Source: Arcobacteraceae bacterium
GTDB taxonomy: Bacteria > Campylobacterota > Campylobacteria > Campylobacterales > Arcobacteraceae
Assembly: GCA_963662945.1 (NCBI GenBank)
Contig: OY759974.1
Span: 448,001-512,000, forward strand
Length of the DNA stretch: 64,000 bases
Direction of reading: 5' to 3'
Numbering within the stretch: position 1 is the first letter of the stretch; the number at the start of each line of letters is the position of its first letter. A program made the translations under genes and the position numbers. Below, one piece after another: positions 44,152-54,492 of this stretch. The notes below the pieces were generated by a model. It ran no database searches. It was not told where the DNA came from and was given only the letters and a program-made list of their open reading frames with translations.

Positions 44152-45020
44152 TCTAATACCTTATTAACAAGAGATAATCCATTTTTATTATACTTTAAAT
44201 TTAACTTGTCTGCTATTTTCTTATTAAAAATCACATTTGTACCCATTGGCATTTGAATAGGTGTAAATTCTTTCTTTTGCTCATATTGATTTATCATTGA
44301 AGCTATTTGTCGACCTATTGTAGGATTATCTGCTGATATTATTAATGTTGCATCATATTTTAAAAATAATTCATGATATGCAAAGAGAGGCTTTTTTGCC
44401 ATTGTAACTTTTTCAAAAAGTGATAAAACTTTTTTTTCATCTTTTAATAATAATGGATCAGCAATTAAAATTAAACCATCACTCTCTTGAATTTTATCAA
44501 TATCTATCTCATTATCTTCAGTCATCTCTTCACCTATTATTTTTATACCTATTAATAAGGCATTTTGTTTGAAGTTTTCATAGAGTTCTTTTGTATAAGA
44601 GCTATAAACAATAGTTAACTTTTTAGTATCTGGAAAAAGTGATTTAATAATAGTTAAATTCATACCCGCATGAAGTTCATTGGAAACACCAAATCTATTT
44701 TTTATCAAATCTAATCTTTTATAGTTTACAATCGAACTAAAAAATAATGTTTTTTCAGGGATATACATATCTACATATTTGTATGCTTTTGTTCCTATTG
44801 CATAAACAATATCAGGATACTCATCATATAAATACTCTTTAATTTGTTTATTTGTCATTTTAGAAATATCCAAAGATTTATAATCACCTATAAAATTTTC
44901 TTTAAATGATCTCTCTACACTTGAATATTTTTCGATATTATTATTTGAGTTCAATACTAAAATCTTCTCAGCAAATAAAAAGGAGATGGTAAAAAGGGAT
45001 ATTGTAATTAAAAACTTCAT
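44148..45020 (-). CDS. Periplasmic ABC-substrate-binding-like protein
   Basis: Signal peptide; [34 protein letters not shown] resemble the ABC_sub_bind family. Confidence 0.7.
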   Translation of the reverse strand: MKFLITISLFTISFLFAEKILVLNSNNNIEKYSSVERSFKENFIGDYKSLDISKMTNKQIKEYLYDEYPDIVYAIGTKAYKYVDMYIPEKTLFFSSIVNYKRLDLIKNRFGVSNELHAGMNLTIIKSLFPDTKKLTIVYSSYTKELYENFKQNALLIGIKIIGEEMTEDNEIDIDKIQESDGLILIADPLLLKDEKKVLSLFEKVTMAKKPLFAYHELFLKYDATLIISADNPTIGRQIASMINQYEQKKEFTPIQMPMGTNVIFNKKIADKLNLKYNKNGLSLVNKVLE

Positions 45021-45784
45021 TTTACACCCCCTAGAATTTTATTATAGTCATTTTTTGTTAGTATAACGATATCATCAATACCTAACAAATTTAATATCTT
45101 TTTACCATATAAATCTGAATTCATAGACTTAAATAAATTAATACATTCCTTACTATATTGATTTTTTAATTTTGAAGCTATAAGCATTCTAAAATTAGGT
45201 TTTGATTCTTTATAAATAATCATTTGCTTTGCTAAAAAGCCATTTACATTTTTTAATAACTCAAAGCTATCTTTTGATACTAAAGCAAACTTGCTTAATC
45301 CAAATCCAACAGACATTAAAGCATCAATCTCTTTTGGTACATTTAAAATATTTAAATTATTATTTTCTATAAGTGTATCGATAAGTTTTCTTGAATAATC
45401 TTGAGAGTACGTTGTAGTGATGGTTCCATCAAATTGTAAACCCTTTTTACCTACAATTATTTTAGTATCTGTCATACTCTCTCTTTTTAAAGCAACGAGC
45501 TTTGCTTCTAAGTCATATTTTTTAGCAATTTGTTTATAGTGCCAGCTTGAGAGAATAACAATAATATCTTGATTTTTTAAAAACTGCTCAAAGATCTCTT
45601 TTTTGTTAAAAGGTTGAAAATCATAGTCTCCATATTGACTTAAATATTGCTCAAAAGTAACTTTTAATGACTTAAAATCATTTACATTTGCTTCTGTTGT
45701 ATAAAAATATATTTTTTTAGGCTCAGCAAAGAGAGTATTTGACAATAAGAAGATAAGGAATATTAAATATTTTATTTTAACCAT
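45017..45784 (-). CDS. Periplasmic solute-binding-like protein (PhnD-like, tentative)
   Basis: Signal peptide; KEIDALMSVGFG..ALV, M....GKKILNLLGID. Confidence 0.55.
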   Translation of the reverse strand: MVKIKYLIFLIFLLSNTLFAEPKKIYFYTTEANVNDFKSLKVTFEQYLSQYGDYDFQPFNKKEIFEQFLKNQDIIVILSSWHYKQIAKKYDLEAKLVALKRESMTDTKIIVGKKGLQFDGTITTTYSQDYSRKLIDTLIENNNLNILNVPKEIDALMSVGFGLSKFALVSKDSFELLKNVNGFLAKQMIIYKESKPNFRMLIASKLKNQYSKECINLFKSMNSDLYGKKILNLLGIDDIVILTKNDYNKILGGVK

Positions 45785-46998
45785 GGTTGGGTATATTTAT
45801 CCTCTCCACCTAGTGAACTATTCATTATTTCCCAATTTGCAATAAGTCCAGGGCAATTTTTAACATTTTTAGGTGCATCGATAGCTACTACATAGAGATT
45901 AATTGTTTCAACTTCAGGGTCATTAAATAATTCTTGTAATTGTGTAACATCACAAATTTTTATTTCAGGTTTTGAAGAAGCCTCTTTTTTATAAATCACT
46001 TCTGGCAAATAACAAATTGAATCAGGTCCCATTATGTATGGTTTTTCTATCTCATTACTTTGCGTATCTATAATAATATTAGCATAAATATTTTCATTTG
46101 CAGTATATGCTTTAAAAGAACTATTTTTGTAAAGATTTAATCCTTCTATTGTTAATATCCCGATATCTTCACCATGAATTGGTTTGGAATCTATTTTAGT
46201 TAATGTCCCATAAAAAATATCTTTTGTAAATCTTTTCTCTTTACTGTCATTATTCATATAACTAATGATTTTTGTTAAGCGAGTTTCAGTTGTCTTCTGT
46301 GTTTCTATAATAATTCCAATATTATAAGAATCTGTTAATGTATCTTTTACTACATACTCATTTTTAAGATTTTCTTTCTTCGTTGGATATAATGAAAAAC
46401 CACCACTATTTTTAAATGCACTTGAAGTAAACATCTCTCCAAAACACTCTTGAACATGATCTAAACTTTCAAGATTATAAGAGGAAAAATAAGGAACTTC
46501 ATTTCCACTTGCAATAAAATTTGGATAAAATTTACAGTTATAACCAGCAAAAAGTGTTAAAGGTAAAGTTGGTGTTGCTCTACCTGAGGGATCTGCATCT
46601 ATTACTTTTAAGGTTTTTCCTTTATTTTTTGCTAATTTACAAGCAATAATAGGTAAAACAGAGTTTACTGTTCCAACCTCCATAGGGAGAATATATTTAA
46701 ACTCATCAAAATCTTTCTCATTGCAGCTACACCAGTGTTCTATTATTTCAATTACATTTAATATTGACTTGTTAAGTTCTGCTGGATGAAATGAAGCACT
46801 AGGTAAACCCATTCCTGAAGTTGGTACTATCCAATCGGCATTTTCAATACTATCAAAAGATACAACTTCAACAAAGTCATCTACAGTGAAATTTGCATCG
46901 ATACAACTTTGCCCAAGTGCTAAAGGTCCCCCTCCTCCAGAGGCTAAAAAACAAGCTCCATTGAGTATATATTCAAGTTCTTTTTTACCTACTGTCAT
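45772..46998 (-). CDS. DUF917 family protein
   Basis: LEYILNGACFLASGGGG, GMGLPS, PMEVGTVNS, VIDADPSGRATP.L, MGPDSIC; no signal peptide. Confidence 0.8.
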   Translation of the reverse strand: MTVGKKELEYILNGACFLASGGGGPLALGQSCIDANFTVDDFVEVVSFDSIENADWIVPTSGMGLPSASFHPAELNKSILNVIEIIEHWCSCNEKDFDEFKYILPMEVGTVNSVLPIIACKLAKNKGKTLKVIDADPSGRATPTLPLTLFAGYNCKFYPNFIASGNEVPYFSSYNLESLDHVQECFGEMFTSSAFKNSGGFSLYPTKKENLKNEYVVKDTLTDSYNIGIIIETQKTTETRLTKIISYMNNDSKEKRFTKDIFYGTLTKIDSKPIHGEDIGILTIEGLNLYKNSSFKAYTANENIYANIIIDTQSNEIEKPYIMGPDSICYLPEVIYKKEASSKPEIKICDVTQLQELFNDPEVETINLYVVAIDAPKNVKNCPGLIANWEIMNSSLGGEDKYTQPWLK

Positions 46999-47014
46999 CT
47001 TTTCTCCTTATTTT

Positions 47015-48955
47015 TTAGAATGTATATTTAAGCTCAAACATAAAGTTTCTGCCATCTTTTTCATAATCATCAACAGTAAATCCAACTCGAGAGGGGTCAT
47101 ATGCTTCTTTATCAAAAAGATTATTTATGGTTGCTTTTAATTCAAGATTTTTATAGAAATTTTTTAATTGCATTGAAACATTTACCAAAGCATAACCTGC
47201 TACATCAGCTCTACTATCTCCTGATATTCTTTTCATTTTACCTCTTAGTTCAATATGATTATTAATATTTAAAAACTTATTAATTTTATAGTTGAAAAAT
47301 ATATTCCCTTTATGTTTTGCAATATCTGCCAAATCTGTATTGTTGATTTTATCTTTAGCTTTTTGATAGGTATAATTTGCCATAAGATATGATCCTCTAG
47401 TTAAATCATACTTAGTCTCAATTTCAATACCCTCAGAAGAAGTTTCACCTTGATTTATATAAATAGTTCCACTTTGAATAATTAAGTTATCAAAATCATT
47501 ATTAAAATAGGTTATTTTAGAGTTTAGATTAGCTATTGAACTATTTTCATAAGACAATTCATAAGTTTTAACCTTTTCAGGTGTCAGATTGGTGTTTCCT
47601 TGTATTACTGCTGAAGCATTATATGATTCTGCAAAAGTTGGCGTTCTAAACCCTTCTCCATAGATCGCTTTTAATATATTATTGTTATTAATTTGCCAAC
47701 TTAATCCACCTCTTGGTGCAGTATTGGAACCAAAATCACTATAATTATCATGTCTTATTCCAACTGTTAATCTTATATTATTACTTAAGTCATAAATATT
47801 ATTAGTATAGAGTGCCCACATATTTCTATTTACATTAGGAGCAAAAGTATTTGAAGTGTTAGATAAATTGACAGAGTTTACAATTGTTTCAACATCATAC
47901 TGTTTATGTTTTTCATATGTCGCACCTAAGATAGAAGTCAATTTTGTATTTACTTTATATGTTAAGAGTGATTCTATACCATTTTTTTCATTTGTAAGAG
48001 AGTTTCTCATTTTTAAATCAGCAGGCACAGTTAAAAGGTGCCAATAGTTATTAAACTTGTATTTATCAAAATATAATCTTGTAGATAGATTTAATTTTTC
48101 TGTTATTTGTTTATTATTGCCTGTTTCAATGAATAGGTAATCTAATTTTGGATCATTCTCTACTGCAATCTCTCCTAAAGGTCCAAAATGCTCCCCATCA
48201 TCTCTATTTAAATACATAGACTTCAAATAAAAATCTTTATAATCAATTTTTATATTAGCTGTTAATTGCTTTAAATATGGATTATTAGTAGCACTTTTAT
48301 TTGCTCTATCTTGTTTAATATAAACCTTATTTCCATCAGTATCTTTTACATTTATATTTGCAACTAAAGATAACTCATCAAATTGTTTACCATATAATAA
48401 ATTTATCTCTTTTGTATTATATGAACCTATTTTACTATTTACAATTACTCCATTGATATCTGCGGCATCTTTTGTAATTATATTTATCAACGCTGTAAAT
48501 GCATTTGCTCCATATAAAGCAGATGCTGGTCCTTTGACTATTTCTACTCTTTTTATATTATCTAATGAGATTTTGTCTAAGATTGGAGCAGCACCTCCAT
48601 TTAATAATAAAGCATCTATAGAATGACCATCAATCATAAATAATACTTGTTTTGAAGTAAAGTCTTTAATTCCCCTTACTTCGATTTCATTGAAAAATAT
48701 ATTCCCTTGTGTCACACTAATACCTGGAACTGTATTTAATAATTCTGATATATTTTTTACACCTGACACCTCTATCATCTCTTCATCAATAACATTCACA
48801 GAAGCAGATGTTTTTTTAATATTTTCTTTTACCCTTGAAGCAGAAACAACAAATGTTTCCTCTTCTAACCATTGCATCTCATCTTGCAAAGTTGTTTCAA
48901 AAGGATTAGCAAATAGTAGAGTAGGTAAAAATATATATAACAGTTTTTTTATCAT
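47015..48955 (-). CDS. TonB-dependent receptor
   Basis: Signal peptide; VVSASR, RVEIVKGPASALYGANA..INIITK, NNLFD, terminal KYTF. Confidence 0.92.
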   Translation of the reverse strand: MIKKLLYIFLPTLLFANPFETTLQDEMQWLEEETFVVSASRVKENIKKTSASVNVIDEEMIEVSGVKNISELLNTVPGISVTQGNIFFNEIEVRGIKDFTSKQVLFMIDGHSIDALLLNGGAAPILDKISLDNIKRVEIVKGPASALYGANAFTALINIITKDAADINGVIVNSKIGSYNTKEINLLYGKQFDELSLVANINVKDTDGNKVYIKQDRANKSATNNPYLKQLTANIKIDYKDFYLKSMYLNRDDGEHFGPLGEIAVENDPKLDYLFIETGNNKQITEKLNLSTRLYFDKYKFNNYWHLLTVPADLKMRNSLTNEKNGIESLLTYKVNTKLTSILGATYEKHKQYDVETIVNSVNLSNTSNTFAPNVNRNMWALYTNNIYDLSNNIRLTVGIRHDNYSDFGSNTAPRGGLSWQINNNNILKAIYGEGFRTPTFAESYNASAVIQGNTNLTPEKVKTYELSYENSSIANLNSKITYFNNDFDNLIIQSGTIYINQGETSSEGIEIETKYDLTRGSYLMANYTYQKAKDKINNTDLADIAKHKGNIFFNYKINKFLNINNHIELRGKMKRISGDSRADVAGYALVNVSMQLKNFYKNLELKATINNLFDKEAYDPSRVGFTVDDYEKDGRNFMFELKYTF

Positions 48956-49149
48956 AAAATTTCCAATAATAATCTTTTTCGATTTAGTATGGTATCACAA
49001 ACAAGTTTTAAAATACTAATCAAACTTTAATCCAATAACTTTAAACACTCTCTAGTTTCATTAAAATTACATTTTAAACTATACTTTTTTAGCAAATTAA
49101 ACCATAACAAATTAGCCTTATAAAGCTCATATATCCTTTAAATATACAA

Positions 49150-49165
49150 CGGAATATCTTATGCA
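49150..49165 (+). promoter_or_regulatory. sigma54 promoter of nifE
   Basis: CGGAATATCTTATGCA (GG-N10-GC). Confidence 0.8.
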
Positions 49166-49199
49166 TACTTATTATTAATACTACTAGCGGAGTACAAAG

Positions 49200-50552
49200 A
49201 TGATGGTAAACAAAAAACAAATCAGAGAACTTCTGAACGAATCAGCCTGTTCCCACAATGAGAAAAAAAAATCAAGCTGTGACAAACCAAAGCCAGGTGC
49301 TACAAGTGGTGGTTGTGCTTTTGAAGGTGCACAAATAGCCCTATTTCCTTATGCGGATGCAGCTCATTTAGTACATGCCCCAGCAACCTGTCAAGGAGCA
49401 AGTTGGGAAACAAGAGCCACGCCAACTAGTTGGGAAGGTGAAAATAATACTCCACTTGGATACTGTACCGATGTAACAACAAATGATGTTATCTTTGGTG
49501 GAGATCAAAAACTTGAAGATAGTATCAGTTATATTTGTGAAGTAAAAAAACCAAAAGCAGTATTTGTCTATGAAACTTGTGTAACAGCTATGATTGGCGA
49601 TGATATGGATAATGTTGCCAAAAGAATGGAAGAGAAATATAATATTCCAATTGTAGTAGTTCATGCACCAGGATTTGTAGGGAGTAAAAACTTAGGAAGC
49701 CGTTTAGGTGGAGAAGCTGTTTTACATCAACTAATAGGAACAAGAGAGCCAGAAGAGATACATCCATTTGGAATTAACTTAATCGGTGAATACAATGTAA
49801 CAGGCGATATGTGGCAATACACCCCTATCTTAGAAAAAATAGGGATAAAAGTTGTTTCAACTCTAGCTGGTGATGGAAGAATTGAAAATATCCAAATGGC
49901 ACATAGAGCAAAACTTAATGTAATCGTATGTGCAAAATCACTTGTAACATTAGTACGAAAAATGGAAGAGAAATACGGTATTCCACATATCTCTGTTTCT
50001 TTTTATGGTAAACGTGATACTACAAATGCCATCATGTCTATAGTCAATGCTTTTGGAGATGAAACATTGACAAAAAAAGCACTTGAAATTATAAAAGAGG
50101 AAGAGGAAGCTTTAGAACAAAGACTTCTTCCTTATAGAAAAATATTAGCTGGAAAAAAAGCTATTCTTAATACTGGTGGAAATAAATCTTGGTCAATAGC
50201 ATCAGCACTACAAGATATAGGAATCGAAGTGGTTGCTACAAGTATTAGAAAATCGACTTTAGAAGATATAGAGATTGCAAAAAAATATGTTCCAATCTTA
50301 ATGAAAGTTCCAGCAAATGAACAAGCTGCACTTATAGATGAACACAAAGTTGATATACTTCTAGCAGGTGGAAGAAGTTTATATACAGCTATCAAGAAAA
50401 AAGTGGCTTTCGTGGATGTAAATCAAGAGAAAAAAGTAAGCTATGGTGCGTATGGTGGCCTAGAAAACTTAGCTATAGATGTGTGTGCTGCCGTATTAAA
50501 TCCAGTATTTAAAACAGTAGGAGAACCAGCTCCATGGGATGAGAGCTGTTAA
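49200..50552 (+). CDS. nifE: FeMo-co scaffold subunit NifE
   Basis: PGATSGGCAFEGAQ, YETCVTAMIGDD, GSKNLGSR, TGGNKSWS, PAPW. Confidence 0.95.
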   Translation: MMVNKKQIRELLNESACSHNEKKKSSCDKPKPGATSGGCAFEGAQIALFPYADAAHLVHAPATCQGASWETRATPTSWEGENNTPLGYCTDVTTNDVIFGGDQKLEDSISYICEVKKPKAVFVYETCVTAMIGDDMDNVAKRMEEKYNIPIVVVHAPGFVGSKNLGSRLGGEAVLHQLIGTREPEEIHPFGINLIGEYNVTGDMWQYTPILEKIGIKVVSTLAGDGRIENIQMAHRAKLNVIVCAKSLVTLVRKMEEKYGIPHISVSFYGKRDTTNAIMSIVNAFGDETLTKKALEIIKEEEEALEQRLLPYRKILAGKKAILNTGGNKSWSIASALQDIGIEVVATSIRKSTLEDIEIAKKYVPILMKVPANEQAALIDEHKVDILLAGGRSLYTAIKKKVAFVDVNQEKKVSYGAYGGLENLAIDVCAAVLNPVFKTVGEPAPWDESC

Positions 50553-50553
50553 G

Positions 50554-50580
50554 AAAAAGACAATAGTTTGTCTTTTTTCT
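50554..50580 (+). terminator. Hairpin/terminator right after nifE
   Basis: AAAAAGACAA-TAGT-TTGTCTTTTT. Confidence 0.6.
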
Positions 50581-50684
50581 CAAAGAGAGTGCAAGCACAA
50601 GAAGCTCGGAACTGGAACGGTCATAACGAAGTGAAGCCGTGGAAGATAGCGAATAATTTATTCTTCCTATGATATACTCATTGC

Positions 50685-52100
50685 ATGAAAATATTATTAA
50701 CAGGTGCAAACGGATATATTGGAAGAAGAGTTAAAAATATACTCAAAACCAATCCAAATATCAAACTAAAACTTTTTGTTAGAAATAAACAATCACTATC
50801 GCAAGAGATACTACAAACTTGTGAAGTAATAGAGGGTGATACCTTTAATCTTGATGCTTTAAAAGAAGCACTTAAAGATGTAGATGTAGCATACTATTTC
50901 ATACATTCATTAAATAATGAAAACTATAAAGAACTAGATAAAATATCCGCACAAAACTTTATCCAAACAGCAGAACAATGTGGTGTAAAAAGAGTTATTT
51001 ATCTAGGTGGGCTTGGTGTAAAAGATGAAAATACAAGTGAACATCTTTTAAGTAGACTTGAAACTGGAGAGGTTTTAAGTTCCTCATCAAAAGTGCAAAC
51101 TATTTGGATAAGAGCTGGAGTGATTATAGGTTCTGGAAGTGCTAGTTTTGAGATTATTAGAAATTTAGTTGAGAAACTTCCTGTGATGATAACCCCAAAA
51201 TGGGTAGATACTTATGCACAGCCAATAGCTGTAGATGATGTTATAAACTATCTCATCGCAGCTATAACACTTGAATATGACAAAAATGTAATAGTAGATA
51301 TAGGTACTACAAAAATGAAATACAAAGACCTTATGCTACAAACAGCGGTTGCCTTAGGTTTAAAGAGGTATTTGATTCCTGTCCCTTTTATGAGTATCAA
51401 TATCTCTTCTTATTGGTTAAATCTTTTCACACCTGTCCCATTTACTGTTGCTAAAGCATTAATTGAGGGATTGAAATCAGAAGTTACAATGCAAAATGAC
51501 AATGCAAAAAAATACTTTCCACAAATAACACCTCTTAATTATATTCAAGCTGTTAAAAAAGCTGTTGCAGAGATAGAACAAAATCAAGTGGTAAGTAGAT
51601 GGAGTGATGCCGATGGAAGTAGTTGGGATAAGACACATAGAAAACAGATACATGATGCTATTTTTGTAGATAGAGTTGAGGCTGATATTAGTTCTTATGA
51701 TAAAGCAAAAGTATTTCATGCTGTTAAATCAATAGGTGGAAAAAATGGCTGGTTTGATTATAGCTATTTATGGAGAATACGGGGTTTTATTGATAAACTT
51801 ATTGGTGGAGTTGGATTGAGTCGTGGACGAAGAGATACTTGCGATATCAGACTTGGTGAATGTTTAGATTTTTGGAGAGTAGAAGATATAAAAGAGAATG
51901 AAAGGCTCCTACTCTTTGCACAGATGAAACTACCAGGGGAAGCGTGGCTTGAATTTAAAATTCAAGATAATAAACTTATCCAATCTGCATACTTCTATCC
52001 TCGAGGTATTTGGGGAAGAGTATATTGGTATAGTATGATTCCTATGCACTATTTTATTTTTAAAAATATGATAAAAGGTATTTTAAAAAATAGTGAATAA
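50685..52100 (+). CDS. SDR/NAD(P)-binding epimerase family with C-terminal DUF2867 (YbjT-like)
   Basis: TGANGYIG, GSGSASFE, IGGKNGW, LDFWRVE, AQMKLPGEAWLEF. Confidence 0.88.
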   Translation: MKILLTGANGYIGRRVKNILKTNPNIKLKLFVRNKQSLSQEILQTCEVIEGDTFNLDALKEALKDVDVAYYFIHSLNNENYKELDKISAQNFIQTAEQCGVKRVIYLGGLGVKDENTSEHLLSRLETGEVLSSSSKVQTIWIRAGVIIGSGSASFEIIRNLVEKLPVMITPKWVDTYAQPIAVDDVINYLIAAITLEYDKNVIVDIGTTKMKYKDLMLQTAVALGLKRYLIPVPFMSINISSYWLNLFTPVPFTVAKALIEGLKSEVTMQNDNAKKYFPQITPLNYIQAVKKAVAEIEQNQVVSRWSDADGSSWDKTHRKQIHDAIFVDRVEADISSYDKAKVFHAVKSIGGKNGWFDYSYLWRIRGFIDKLIGGVGLSRGRRDTCDIRLGECLDFWRVEDIKENERLLLFAQMKLPGEAWLEFKIQDNKLIQSAYFYPRGIWGRVYWYSMIPMHYFIFKNMIKGILKNSE

Positions 52101-52151
52101 GCTTATTATGATAAAATGTTTTACTAATAAATCTTCCATAAATGAGGTCAA

Positions 52152-54365
52152 ATGATTCGCTACAAGTACAAAATAAAAGGTGTTGTTCAAGGTGTTGGAT
52201 TTCGCCCTTTTATTTATAAACTAGCAAACCAATTTAACCTTACAGGAAATGTCTCTAATGATAGTGATGGTGTAAATTTAGAACTGCAAGGGTATGCAAA
52301 AGATATAGAACTTTTTGATGAAGAGTTTTTAAATTCCCTTCCACCACTAGCCCACATTGATAGTTTTGAAAAACACCCAATTTGTATAGAAAATGAAAGC
52401 ACTTTTGAAATCATTCAAACAAATAATTCAAATCTGAAAACAACACTTATTTCCCCTGATATAAAAGTATGTAATGATTGTCTTAAAGATATAAAAAACA
52501 AAGAGAAATATCACAACTATTTCAATACAAACTGTACAAACTGTGGCCCTAGATATAGTATCATCAAAACATTACCTTATGATAGAATTAATACTTCAAT
52601 GTCTGACTTTACCCTTTGTACAAGTTGTAAAAAAGAGTATGAAAACCCACAAAATAGACGCTATCATGCACAACCAATTTCATGCAAAGAGTGTGGTCCA
52701 CAATTAACACTAACTATCAAAAATAAAGTTGTAAATAATAAAGAAAATGAGATATTTTCAAAAACAGCTAACTTAATTCAAGAGGGAAAAATAGGTGCTA
52801 TAAAAGGAATGGGTGGATTTCATATAGTTTCTGATGCTACAAATGATGATGTAGTACAACGCTTAAGAACTTACAAAAATCGTCCTGCAAAACCTTTTGC
52901 TATCATGTGTAAAGATTTGGAGCAAATTCAAGCTATTGGAAAAGTAAATGCTATAGAAAAACAACTTCTTCTCTCAAAAGAGGCTCCAATAGTTGTACTT
53001 GATAAACTTCAAAACTCCAATATAAGTGATTTAATTGCACCACAGATTAAGAAAATTGGGTGTTTTTTACCCTATACACCTATACATTATCTTCTTTTTG
53101 AACATCTTAATACTCCTATAGTTGCTACAAGTGCAAATATGGGTGGGGAACCTATCATCATATCAAAAAAGGAGATTGAACTAAAGTTACCTTTTATTGA
53201 TTTTATTGTTGATTTTAATCGTGATATCATCAATGCAATTGATGATAGTGTGGTACAAGTTATAGAAAACAAAGTACAAACATTGCGATTAGCAAGAGGA
53301 TATGTGCCAAAAGTTACGAAACTGCCTTTTAAAATTGAGAAAAAGATACTATGTGTTGGAGCAAATAACAAAAGCACTATCACTATAGCCTTTGAAGATA
53401 CAATTATCACTTCACCTCATATTGGAGATTTGGATAATATTAAAGCTTTTGAATATTTTGAAAGAACTATTGAAACTTTTAAAAGGTTTTATGACTTTAA
53501 CCCTGATATTATAGTACACGATTTACACCCAAGTTATGAGACAACAAAATGGGCAAAACAACAAAATATAGAACTAGTTGAAGTACAACATCACTTAGCC
53601 CATATCTATAGTGTAAAAGCTGAACACAACTTACAAAAAAAAGAGTATATAGGCTTCAGTTTTGATGGAACAGGTTATGGTCTTGATGAGACACTTTGGG
53701 GTGGGGAAGTTTTTATAAATGATAAAAGAATGTATCACTTCAAACCTATGAAACTTTTAGGTGGTGAAAAAGCGATAAAAGAGCCTAGAAGAGTTGCCCT
53801 TGCTTTATTGTTTGAGAAATACACTTTAGAAGAGATTATGAAGTTTGATTTAGCACTTACAAAATCATTTTCACAAATAGAACTTTCACTTTTATATCAA
53901 AGCTACCAAAAAAACATCAATAGTTTTGATACAACTTCTGTTGGAAGATTATTTGATGCTGTTGCATCATTTTGTGACCTTTCCCAAGTTTTATCTTATG
54001 AGGGAGAGAGTGGACTTTTACTTGAATCTTATTATGATGAAACTATCACGACAACTTTTAAGTGGAATATCACAGATGATATTATAGATATAAAAATAGT
54101 TGATTTTATTCTCAATAATGATTTTGATGAAAAACTTTTATCATCTATGCTAATTAATACTTTATCAACTATTATTATAGAACTCTCAATCAAACATAGT
54201 TTTGATGTGATACTCTCTGGTGGAGTATTTCAAAATAAAACACTTCTCCAAAAAGTTCTAATAGATTTAAAGATAAATGATAAAAAATACTATATAAATG
54301 AAAAAATTCCACCAAATGATGGTGGTGTTAGTTTAGGTCAAATTTATTATATTTTTAATTCTTAA
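52152..54365 (+). CDS. hypF: Hydrogenase maturation carbamoyltransferase
   Basis: GVVQGVGFRPF, CTNCGPRYSI, HDLHP, QHHLAH, PPNDGGVSLGQ. Confidence 0.96.
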   Translation: MIRYKYKIKGVVQGVGFRPFIYKLANQFNLTGNVSNDSDGVNLELQGYAKDIELFDEEFLNSLPPLAHIDSFEKHPICIENESTFEIIQTNNSNLKTTLISPDIKVCNDCLKDIKNKEKYHNYFNTNCTNCGPRYSIIKTLPYDRINTSMSDFTLCTSCKKEYENPQNRRYHAQPISCKECGPQLTLTIKNKVVNNKENEIFSKTANLIQEGKIGAIKGMGGFHIVSDATNDDVVQRLRTYKNRPAKPFAIMCKDLEQIQAIGKVNAIEKQLLLSKEAPIVVLDKLQNSNISDLIAPQIKKIGCFLPYTPIHYLLFEHLNTPIVATSANMGGEPIIISKKEIELKLPFIDFIVDFNRDIINAIDDSVVQVIENKVQTLRLARGYVPKVTKLPFKIEKKILCVGANNKSTITIAFEDTIITSPHIGDLDNIKAFEYFERTIETFKRFYDFNPDIIVHDLHPSYETTKWAKQQNIELVEVQHHLAHIYSVKAEHNLQKKEYIGFSFDGTGYGLDETLWGGEVFINDKRMYHFKPMKLLGGEKAIKEPRRVALALLFEKYTLEEIMKFDLALTKSFSQIELSLLYQSYQKNINSFDTTSVGRLFDAVASFCDLSQVLSYEGESGLLLESYYDETITTTFKWNITDDIIDIKIVDFILNNDFDEKLLSSMLINTLSTIIIELSIKHSFDVILSGGVFQNKTLLQKVLIDLKINDKKYYINEKIPPNDGGVSLGQIYYIFNS

Positions 54366-54492
54366 AAAGATTTTTATCATCAAAGAATTAAAAATATAGT
54401 ATAAAAATTACTTTTTTTATAATAAATTTTTATATTATTTTAAGTTTATATTAATTGGAAATATATATAATCTTATCAAATCTTAAAAAGGG

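Noticed and set aside
50509-50709. 66-aa minus-strand ORF across the post-nifE element
   Set aside because: Overlaps both flanking genes antisense and has no recognisable features
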